Shown here piece by piece: positions 17,248-24,068 of a stretch of DNA of 30,416 nucleotides. This DNA is from a virus. Its lineage: Duplodnaviria > Heunggongvirae > Uroviricota > Caudoviricetes. The notes under the pieces were generated by a model. The model was not told the DNA's origin. It saw only the letters and a program-made list of their open reading frames with translations, and ran no database searches. The stretch lies in IMG/VR virus record IMGVR_UViG_3300034072_002212, positions 1-30,416 of that record; one strand, 5' to 3'. Numbering within the stretch: position 1 is the stretch's first letter; every line of letters begins with the position of its first letter. Position numbers and translations under genes: made by a program.

Positions 17248-17694
17248 TTAGATGTAGGAAATCGAGAACCAGTAACCGAGACCTTCAATCATACGGCTGT
17301 GAACCTGTCGGGCACCAGGGCAGACATCCATGATCTCCTGGATGTATTGGTTCTTGGTCTTGCCCATAAAGGGAGGAGGGACCATCATCTGAATGGAACC
17401 CTGTCGTAGAAAGTTGATCTCATTGGGTGCAGGGCTGAGCGCACATAGGCCCTCGTAGAGAGCGCCCAGAGGAAGCCCTGTGAGGAACTGACGGTCAAGG
17501 TCGTCCTCAGTAATGTTGGTCTGGACAGTGATGCGTGAGCGGGGCTCTTCGGAGCACTCGCTGGCCATCAAGAGCTCGAGACGACCACGCGCGACTTGGC
17601 GCACGGTTTCTTCTGTTCCGGGATGATCGATCAGCGCTTTCAGCTTATCAATCTTGCTACGGCTGTCCTCGAATAGGAACTCTCTGGCGCGCAC
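17248..17694 (-). CDS. Putative late protein with MRAREFLFE N-terminus; weak DUF2786-like helical segment
   Basis: GTG start, RBS AGGTGAG, TAAATA box upstream. Confidence 0.65.
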   Translation of the reverse strand: MRAREFLFEDSRSKIDKLKALIDHPGTEETVRQVARGRLELLMASECSEEPRSRITVQTNITEDDLDRQFLTGLPLGALYEGLCALSPAPNEINFLRQGSIQMMVPPPFMGKTKNQYIQEIMDVCPGARQVHSRMIEGLGYWFSISYI

Positions 17695-17702
17695 GACTCA
17701 CC

Positions 17703-17730
17703 TATGGGTAGAATTAACTACCCATATTTA
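17703..17730 (-). promoter_or_regulatory. TAAATA box overlapping the 5' arm of a 9-bp hairpin that abuts the RBS
   Basis: TAAATA 17730-17725; TATGGGTAG-ttaatt-CTACCCATA-GGTGAG. Confidence 0.6.
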
Positions 17731-17731
17731 G

Positions 17732-18166
17732 TCACTCGGTGATCTTGTTGTAATCATCGTCGATTTCGCCGTTCTCCTGCGCCTGCAGGATGCCGTCACC
17801 GATGATGTCGAGGTTGCTGTTGCTCATGCCGTGAAGCTTGTGGAACTCGATGATCTTCTCGCGATCATAGATCTCCTCGACGTCCACGTTGCTCCAGAAC
17901 TCTACGCTGGTCTCACTGTGCTTGCCCGCGAAGTCGCTGAAGTAAGCCGTTGTGCCCTCGAGAGCTGCCTTGATCTTGGCCCACTCTTCGCGAGTGTAGA
18001 TGACCTCGTCATAGAGGTCAGAGACACGACCATAGGTGAAACTGACCTTGACCAGCACCTTGTCCGCAAAGCGGAAGAGGTTCCGCTGAGCGTCGACCTC
18101 TTCCCAGGTCATTGCGAGGACACCGGCAACCACGATGCCCTCTGGTGTAACGCCTACATCAGCCAT
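17732..18166 (-). CDS. Acidic hypothetical protein (FAGKHSE motif)
   Basis: Clean ORF coupled to the upstream gene. Confidence 0.7.
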   Translation of the reverse strand: MADVGVTPEGIVVAGVLAMTWEEVDAQRNLFRFADKVLVKVSFTYGRVSDLYDEVIYTREEWAKIKAALEGTTAYFSDFAGKHSETSVEFWSNVDVEEIYDREKIIEFHKLHGMSNSNLDIIGDGILQAQENGEIDDDYNKITE

Positions 18167-19865
18167 CGACCGCTTCCTTCAAAGTCTCGAGATCCAGAAT
18201 GGTAGTCTTCAGCTTGCCATTGTAGGCCAGCTTGAACATCATCGCCGCGCCCTTGTTGGGGAACGTGACTGCGACCGAGCGGAAGTCAGTGGCCTTTTTA
18301 TAGGTCCCCTTCTTCATCTGGGTGCTCTTGATCGCAGCGTCGATGAGCGCCTGCTCCTCCTTGGAGATAGCGGTCGTGTCGCCGTGGTAGCCCACGTTGT
18401 CCAGCTTCTCCTCGTCGGTCTCAGTGAAGACTACCATGCCCTTCTGACTGTCGAGCAAGTTGGCCTTCTCGAGGGCCTTGTAGGCGGTGCGGACAGACGA
18501 GCCATACTTGACCGTCAGCTCACGCAATTCCCAAGACCGCTTGAACCAGTCGTGGAAGTCTTCGACCGGGCCGATTTCCTGGCGGGCCAGCTTGTCGAAC
18601 TTGACCAACTCCCAGTCCTCGGTCATGTGGAAGGTCTTGCCGCCGCCGCCCCACTCGGGCAGGGATTCGTCAGCGCCAGGCAGACCGTCATAGTAGCCAG
18701 TCATCATGAGGATGCTGGTCTTGGCCTTACCGAGGTTGTCCCACTTCTTGCCCTTCATGAACGTGTCGACCATCTCCTGATGATCAACACCATTGTCCTC
18801 GTTGGCGTCCTCTTCGTAGTGGTTCTTCCAGCGATAGTTGCCCTTGCTGTAGTCGGGCGCCAGGTAAAAGCGACCCGTGGGCTTGTGTCGCAGGCACCAC
18901 ACGTCGACCGTCGGAATGCTCTCGGCCTCGATGAAGTCCTTGATCATGCTGTATTCCAGACCGACCAGCTTGTCCTCGCCGTCGAACTGAACTTCGGCCA
19001 CGTTGCCGTATCGCTGACCGTGCCAACCGTTGGGGTTGAAGTAGGTATTGAACTTGCCGCGAACGGTGAAGATCTCACCGGCCTTGATGCTGCGGTAGAG
19101 CTTGGGCGTGTATTCGCCCAGGGTCTCCTGTGCGTTCTTCCGCATTGCCTCGCGAGCGGTGTACCAGTTCTGGTGCGCGTTGTTGTCGCAATGATTGTGG
19201 TCAGGGCGGGGATTAGCCTTGTCCCACTTGTCGATGTGGGCGTGATAGGCGCCGTTGGGAGCACCATAGTAGATGTCCACGTCTTGCGTGAACTTCCAGC
19301 GGCTCTTGTCGACCATCTGTTGACGCAGGTTGACCTTGGGCTGCTTCTTGCGCGCCTCAGGCTTTTCTGCAATCTCGAGGTGTCGAGCCTGAGCCCATTT
19401 GTTGTTCTTCGACCAGCCGACCAGGACATCATCCGGCGTATAGCGGGACTCACCCAGCTTTGTATATTCATCATGGATGGCGTGTTGAGCCTTGTTGTCG
19501 GCCTTCCACGCCTTCTCGAATTCCTTTTCTTTCTCGGGAAGGATCTCCCAGCGATCGTATGCCTGCTGGGTCCAGGTCTGACCGCCACGCGAATGAGTGG
19601 TCGCGGGATAGTGGACCTTGTGGCTGAGCGACTTCCGCAGCGTCTCGAACTCTTCCTGCAGGGCGCCGATACGACGCTGCCGCTCGTCCTTTTCCTGTTG
19701 GGTCAGCATGTCCTCTGCGCTAGGAAGCGCAACGTCGCTGATCTCTACGATCACTTCTTTGCTGGTCGTTTCCTTGGAAGTGCCATACCAGCGGCTGATC
19801 AGGGGAGTGCCCTTGGGCACCTTCATGTAGAGGCCCTTACGGAAGGGACTGTCGGTGAGGTCCAT
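18159..19865 (-). CDS. Large hypothetical protein (568 aa) ending in AMMFKLAY
   Basis: Start taken as ATG 19865 with RBS CAGGAG; the track's longer N-terminus overlaps the HNH gene. Confidence 0.75.
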   Translation of the reverse strand: MDLTDSPFRKGLYMKVPKGTPLISRWYGTSKETTSKEVIVEISDVALPSAEDMLTQQEKDERQRRIGALQEEFETLRKSLSHKVHYPATTHSRGGQTWTQQAYDRWEILPEKEKEFEKAWKADNKAQHAIHDEYTKLGESRYTPDDVLVGWSKNNKWAQARHLEIAEKPEARKKQPKVNLRQQMVDKSRWKFTQDVDIYYGAPNGAYHAHIDKWDKANPRPDHNHCDNNAHQNWYTAREAMRKNAQETLGEYTPKLYRSIKAGEIFTVRGKFNTYFNPNGWHGQRYGNVAEVQFDGEDKLVGLEYSMIKDFIEAESIPTVDVWCLRHKPTGRFYLAPDYSKGNYRWKNHYEEDANEDNGVDHQEMVDTFMKGKKWDNLGKAKTSILMMTGYYDGLPGADESLPEWGGGGKTFHMTEDWELVKFDKLARQEIGPVEDFHDWFKRSWELRELTVKYGSSVRTAYKALEKANLLDSQKGMVVFTETDEEKLDNVGYHGDTTAISKEEQALIDAAIKSTQMKKGTYKKATDFRSVAVTFPNKGAAMMFKLAYNGKLKTTILDLETLKEAVDG

Positions 19866-19866
19866 A

Positions 19867-19916
19867 CGATCTCCTGTTACTTTCAACCTGTGTAGCAGAT
19901 TGAGCAAACAGGACAA
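19867..19916 (-). promoter_or_regulatory. Promoter nested in a long hairpin covering the RBS
   Basis: TTGTCC-N16-TACACA; TCCTGTT…TCAATCTG-ctaca-CAGGTTGA…AACAGGA. Confidence 0.55.
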
Positions 19917-19958
19917 GGCAATTTTGACGCCCGCTGTTCGCTTCATATAGAATAGGAT

Positions 19959-20387
19959 ATGCGCGAAAAACAGGCTGCTTCTATTGAAGAAACCAAAATC
20001 TATATTCAATCTAGGATTGTAAAAGATCCAGAAACTGATTGCTGGATTTGGTCCCAATTGAAGGACAAGAAAGGCTATGGTCTAGTTGATAGGGACACAC
20101 GGATCTTTCGTCTAGCCAAAACTACACATATCCATCGCGTATCCTACCTAGCATTCAAAGGCAAGTTAGAGGAAGGAATGGTTATTCGCCATCGCTGTAA
20201 TAACCATTCCTGTTGCAACCCTGTTCATCTAGAACAAGGAACTCAGCTTCAAAATATGGCTGACAAATATGAAGCTTTGGGTCAAAGGTCAGATGCTGCG
20301 CTAGTTGTTCTCAAACGTCAGCTGCAAGAATCTTTAGAAGCGGTCGAACAAGAACTCAGCCGACGAAAAAAGAGCCCCGGCGCATAG
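19959..20387 (+). CDS. Free-standing HNH homing endonuclease (HNH_3 type)
   Basis: CWIW…GYG…HRVSY…VIRHRCNNHSCCNPVHLEQGTQLQNMAD; AT-rich (17/60 GC at 19981-20040); TTGACG-N18-TAGAAT upstream. Confidence 0.85.
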   Translation: MREKQAASIEETKIYIQSRIVKDPETDCWIWSQLKDKKGYGLVDRDTRIFRLAKTTHIHRVSYLAFKGKLEEGMVIRHRCNNHSCCNPVHLEQGTQLQNMADKYEALGQRSDAALVVLKRQLQESLEAVEQELSRRKKSPGA

Positions 20388-20398
20388 CACCAGGGCCC
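20366..20398 (-). terminator. Intrinsic terminator of the putative sRNA
   Basis: GGGCCCTGGTGC-TAT-GCGCCGGGGCTC-TTTTTT (12-bp stem with G-U pairs). Confidence 0.8.
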
Positions 20399-20538
20399 AA
20401 GGAAAGCAGGAGATCGGTCTCAACTGCTATCGGAAACTCGGTTGCAAGGTTATTGTCGGGGCCCTATTGTCGGGCTGGCGATGGACGGCCATCCACACCA
20501 GTAAGTCCCTATCGCCGGGCCCTTATCGTCGCCTTGCC
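20366..20538 (-). ncRNA. Putative ~173-nt small RNA
   Basis: Lies between a promoter and an intrinsic terminator; no SD-led ORF; nested helices with two symmetric internal loops; anti-RBS segment. Confidence 0.65.
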
Positions 20539-20543
20539 ACACC

Positions 20544-20571
20544 TTGATAGCACCAGGAGACTTTGTGTCAA
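20544..20571 (-). promoter_or_regulatory. Sigma70-type promoter of the putative sRNA
   Basis: TTGACA(20571-20566)-N16-(TGc)TATCAA(20549-20544), same geometry as other promoters here. Confidence 0.7.
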
Positions 20572-20575
20572 CCGT

Positions 20576-20767
20576 TTAATTGAAGGTATGACGAGAAATT
20601 CCACCCAGGTGAATCAGCACGCGATTGGTGCCTTCCTCTGTCTCACTGAGTGCCCTGGGAGTGCCACCAAGAGTAGCAGAGGTATGGTCAATCCAGTCGA
20701 GGGCCTTGGCTTCGTCACCTAGGACGTCAGTGGCTTTCTCGACAATCTTCTGTAGGTTAGGGGTCAT
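20576..20767 (-). CDS. Orphan antitoxin, Xre/MbcA/ParS C-terminal toxin-binding domain (DUF2384-like)
   Basis: ATDVLGDEAKALDWI…LGGTP…TEEGTNRV…L matches the family pattern; no HTH and no adjacent RES toxin. Confidence 0.75.
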   Translation of the reverse strand: MTPNLQKIVEKATDVLGDEAKALDWIDHTSATLGGTPRALSETEEGTNRVLIHLGGISRHTFN

Positions 20768-20770
20768 GAT

Positions 20771-21262
20771 TTACTCCACGCGGAGGTCTGTGTTCCTAAC
20801 CGTTTTAGCATATTCCACCACGTCGCCGCACTTAAAAGATGACAAACGGCTCAAAGTATAATCACCAGGGATGAGCTTCGCAGGGACATCAAGTGCCTGG
20901 GCAAACTTCTCGCTCTTATCACCGGCATAGAATTCGCCATTGTCCTGTGACCACATGACCGTGTTACCCGACGGGTGATGGAGGATCCAACGCCAGCTGG
21001 TTTTCACATAGCAGGGCTCGCCTTCGGTGCGCTTGATCTGGATGTTGTAGAAGATCTGCGAGTCGCGCTTGATCTGAACAGTTTCCTGGCCGAATGGTTC
21101 TGCGCTCACGTAGCTACTGGTGATCACGGCACTAGCCGCGTTGTCACGGTCTTCCTGGATGCTTTTGTTGGTGCTGGCAATAACATTGGCGAGCATAACG
21201 TAAATGCCGAAGAGGCCAATAGCCACCACGCCAAGCTTAATGATAGTGCGAATCCAGTCCAT
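20771..21262 (-). CDS. Membrane-anchored protein with periplasmic beta domain
   Basis: N-terminal TM helix, two Cys; RBS GGAG; TAAATA upstream. Confidence 0.7.
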   Translation of the reverse strand: MDWIRTIIKLGVVAIGLFGIYVMLANVIASTNKSIQEDRDNAASAVITSSYVSAEPFGQETVQIKRDSQIFYNIQIKRTEGEPCYVKTSWRWILHHPSGNTVMWSQDNGEFYAGDKSEKFAQALDVPAKLIPGDYTLSRLSSFKCGDVVEYAKTVRNTDLRVE

Positions 21263-21279
21263 GAGGTCTCCAGAGACAA

Positions 21280-21312
21280 TAAGGGCTCGCTGTATTTACC
21301 AGCGAGCCCTTA
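21280..21312 (-). terminator. 13-bp perfect hairpin (terminator-like) with TAAATA in its loop
   Basis: TAAGGGCTCGCTG-GTAAATA-CAGCGAGCCCTTA-TTGT. Confidence 0.7.
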
Positions 21313-21348
21313 ATGTGTTCTAGGCCCTCTACGGGCTTCTGTGGACCC

Positions 21349-21795
21349 TTACGGGACCATGCAGGCCGCCTGGAGGATGCCGATGCCCAGACCGATGCCG
21401 CCGATGAAAACGCCCGAAGCCGAGCAGTTGTCCTCGATGCGCTTCTCGATTCCCGAGAACGCCTTGGCGATCACGAAGAACACCGCCAGCTGGACGACCA
21501 GCACGACCGCGCCCCAGAGGGCCATGTCGAAGATGCTGACCGAGTGGCCGATGACGATCGCCATCGGAACCGCGAAGCCGAGGAACGTGCCGACCAGCTG
21601 AGTTGCTGCCGCGGTGTTGCCGTTCTTGATCAGCGCGAATTCCTTGTGCGGCGTGATCAGGGTGTAGAGCACCAGGAAGACCACGGCCAGGAGCAGCGAG
21701 GCGCCGAAATAGCCGAGGAAGTGCGGGAGGGCGTCACCGAAATAAGCGACGATCGGGTTGGTGGTGGCCTCAGTGGCCGGAGCGGTGGTATTCAT
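21349..21795 (-). CDS. DUF350 membrane protein (YjfL-like)
   Basis: Four TM helices, ITPHKEFALIKNGNTAAA motif. Confidence 0.85.
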   Translation of the reverse strand: MNTTAPATEATTNPIVAYFGDALPHFLGYFGASLLLAVVFLVLYTLITPHKEFALIKNGNTAAATQLVGTFLGFAVPMAIVIGHSVSIFDMALWGAVVLVVQLAVFFVIAKAFSGIEKRIEDNCSASGVFIGGIGLGIGILQAACMVP

Positions 21796-21808
21796 TGCTG
21801 CGATCTCC

Positions 21809-22987
21809 TTATTCGCTGTCGGGCAGGAAGTAGTGAGGGATGAAGCGAGAAGTGTTGCCCGTCACCTCGCTCACGTCTTCGCGGATGCCCATGCCCGACG
21901 GGCGGCCGCCTACGATCCAGCTGCCGATGATCGGCGTCATGCCGTCGTGCTTCGGAAGCGGAAGGTATTCCTGGTAGATGGCCTTGGCCAGCGCATCATA
22001 GCCGCGCTTGACGCCCTCGACGGCGACCTTACCATCCCGAATGATCTTCACGTCTGCGCCCTCGCGCGCCAGCATGGGCTTCTCGACATAGTTGCCCTTG
22101 AGCGGCGCGCTCTGCCAGTAGGCCGGCAGCAGGTTCTCGTGACCCTCGTAGAGTTCCCAGAGGATGGGCAGGATGCCCTTGTTCGAGAGAACCAGCTTCC
22201 AGGCCGGCTCCAGAACGTCCCAGGGCTCCTTGAGCATGAACTTGCCGAAGTCCTCGCGGACCAGCCATTCCCAGGGATAGAGCTTGAAAATCGTGTTGAT
22301 CGGCTTCTCGTTGAGATCCGTGAACGAGGTGCCGTTCCAGCCGATCTGCTCGATATCGAGATAGTCGGTCTTGAGGCCGGCCTGGATCGCGCAGTCCCGG
22401 AGGTATTCCGCCGTGCCCTTGTCCTCGAGGTTCTCCGCGACCGCCGCGAAGTAGAACGTCTCGTTCGGGCCGAGCACCTGGTCGCCGACATACTTCAGCT
22501 GTTCGATCAGCCGCTCATGGATGCTGTTGAACTGATCGAGCGTCTGACCCGTGCGCTGGGCATACTGTTCCATCCAGAACCACTGGACGACCGATGCCTC
22601 GAGCAGCGAAGTCGGAGTGTCGGCGTTGAACTCCAGCATCTTGGGAGTGCCATCGGCCGCCAGAGCGAAGTCGAAGCGACCATAGAGGTCCACGTCCTGG
22701 CGCTCCCAGGACTTCTTGATCAGCGCGTGGAAGTCGGCGGGGATGGCGAGCTGGCTGAGCAGGTCACGCTCGATCGCATAGTCGACTGCCGAAAGGCACA
22801 TGCGATCGAGGACCGTGCTGGCTTCCTCGATCTTGTCGACTTCGCCGGCCGTGAATTCATATGCGTGGGTTTCATCCCAATACATGGGATCGACACCGGG
22901 GTCGGTTGCGAGGGTGTGCCAGTAGAAACCGACCTTCTCGCACTGTGCCTGCCAATCCGGCCGGGCTTCAATTGCCAAACGCTTCAA
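21809..22987 (-). CDS. Glutathionylspermidine-synthase-like ATP-grasp ligase (YgiC/YjfC family)
   Basis: YWDE…YGRFDF…KMLEFNADTPTSLLEA…FKLYPWEW…EPAWK…SNKGILP…KPMLAREG…IGSW…GIRE; no amidase domain. Confidence 0.9.
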   Translation of the reverse strand: MKRLAIEARPDWQAQCEKVGFYWHTLATDPGVDPMYWDETHAYEFTAGEVDKIEEASTVLDRMCLSAVDYAIERDLLSQLAIPADFHALIKKSWERQDVDLYGRFDFALAADGTPKMLEFNADTPTSLLEASVVQWFWMEQYAQRTGQTLDQFNSIHERLIEQLKYVGDQVLGPNETFYFAAVAENLEDKGTAEYLRDCAIQAGLKTDYLDIEQIGWNGTSFTDLNEKPINTIFKLYPWEWLVREDFGKFMLKEPWDVLEPAWKLVLSNKGILPILWELYEGHENLLPAYWQSAPLKGNYVEKPMLAREGADVKIIRDGKVAVEGVKRGYDALAKAIYQEYLPLPKHDGMTPIIGSWIVGGRPSGMGIREDVSEVTGNTSRFIPHYFLPDSE

Positions 22988-22989
22988 TT

Positions 22990-23042
22990 CGATCTCCTGT
23001 GATCCGTTGTCCTGTGTCTATGCGAAACAGGACCGAAGTCAA
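22990..23042 (-). promoter_or_regulatory. Promoter whose spacer arm can pair with a proximal arm or with the RBS
   Basis: TTGACT(23042-23037)-N16-TAGACA(23020-23015); GTCCTGT/ACAGGAC, alternatively TCCTGT with ACAGGA of the RBS. Confidence 0.6.
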
Positions 23043-23054
23043 CCGCTTTGTGGC

Positions 23055-23528
23055 TTATTGTGGAACGCCTCGGGTAATCTGAACCACATCACCCACTTTC
23101 CAAGTGCTGTAGTCACCGGGCTGTCCACACGTGAACAAAACCTTGCCCCCTACAAGGGTGCCGTCAATCCACGTCGTCTTGTCATCATCCTTACCGGACA
23201 CTGACAACGCCTTGATTTCAATAGGAAGCTTACCTGAGCAAACTGCCTTGACGTCCACGGGATCGTATTCCTTACCAGGAACCCTGAACACCACACGGTC
23301 CTTGTAGACGATCTCGGGTGGCTTGACCCGCTTTTCGACCACTTCCTTGACCACAGTTTCTTTGCGCGTCACGGGGATCGCTCGGGCAATCAGGATACCA
23401 ATACCCGTGATTGCGCCGAGGATCACACCTGTGGTCACCACCGTGCGAAACGAACGCTGATCCCTTGGCCAGAAGTAGAAGCTGATTCCAAGAATCAGGA
23501 TCAGGAGAAAGGCCCAGAGAATCGACAT
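23055..23528 (-). CDS. Two-TM membrane protein with soluble C-domain
   Basis: Two N-terminal hydrophobic helices; RBS AAGGA. Confidence 0.7.
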   Translation of the reverse strand: MSILWAFLLILILGISFYFWPRDQRSFRTVVTTGVILGAITGIGILIARAIPVTRKETVVKEVVEKRVKPPEIVYKDRVVFRVPGKEYDPVDVKAVCSGKLPIEIKALSVSGKDDDKTTWIDGTLVGGKVLFTCGQPGDYSTWKVGDVVQITRGVPQ

Positions 23529-23537
23529 AATCGTTCC

Positions 23538-24068
23538 TTAACCGGCCTTGCGGCCCGACTGGCCAACGATGGGTAGATCAGCCGGCGAGGATGCCTCGGG
23601 GGTTGGGGTGGCGACCGGAGCCGGCGTTTCCGTCGGCGTTGGGGTCGGGGTAGGGGTTGGCGTTGCGACCGGCTTGGGCTCGTCCGGCTGATAGAACGGA
23701 CTCACACCAATCGGGCTGAGCCCGAGCCGCTGAGCATATTCCTGGAGCGTGAGACCTTCCATCCACAAGACGCAGTTTGCCTGCGCGTTCGTGTATTGGA
23801 GAGTCTGCTGGCCGAAGTTCGTGACATCGCTGTCCTTACGGAAAACTCGGACACCAGCAGCCAGGGCCTCAGGGGTCAGCAGCCGCGCGCGAAGGTCACC
23901 CGTGACCTCGGACGACACATAGACGCCCATGTTGCTGGCAGGAATACACCGACCGGCCTTGCCTGCGAGATCCACTGCCTGGACGTTCACCGGCGCGTTG
24001 GGATTGGACTCCGCGCAGCCGGCCAACAGGAGGCCGACTGCGAGAGTGCCCAGGATTGCGGCGCGCAT
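23538..24068 (-). CDS. Lipoprotein with Pro/Thr-rich tail
   Basis: Lipobox LAGC; PTPTPTPT tract; TAATG coupling to the DUF1190 gene. Confidence 0.75.
   Translation of the reverse strand: MRAAILGTLAVGLLLAGCAESNPNAPVNVQAVDLAGKAGRCIPASNMGVYVSSEVTGDLRARLLTPEALAAGVRVFRKDSDVTNFGQQTLQYTNAQANCVLWMEGLTLQEYAQRLGLSPIGVSPFYQPDEPKPVATPTPTPTPTPTETPAPVATPTPEASSPADLPIVGQSGRKAG

Noticed and set aside
19866-20057. 64-aa N-terminal extension of the 632-aa ORF
   Set aside because: It overlaps the HNH gene and its promoter; a strong RBS precedes ATG 19865.
20401-20460. CAGGAGATCG on the plus strand read as an RBS for the 20453-20722 ORF
   Set aside because: No start codon at a usable distance (the TTG is ~35 nt away), and the ORF is unconvincing; promoter and terminator polarity favour a minus-strand RNA.
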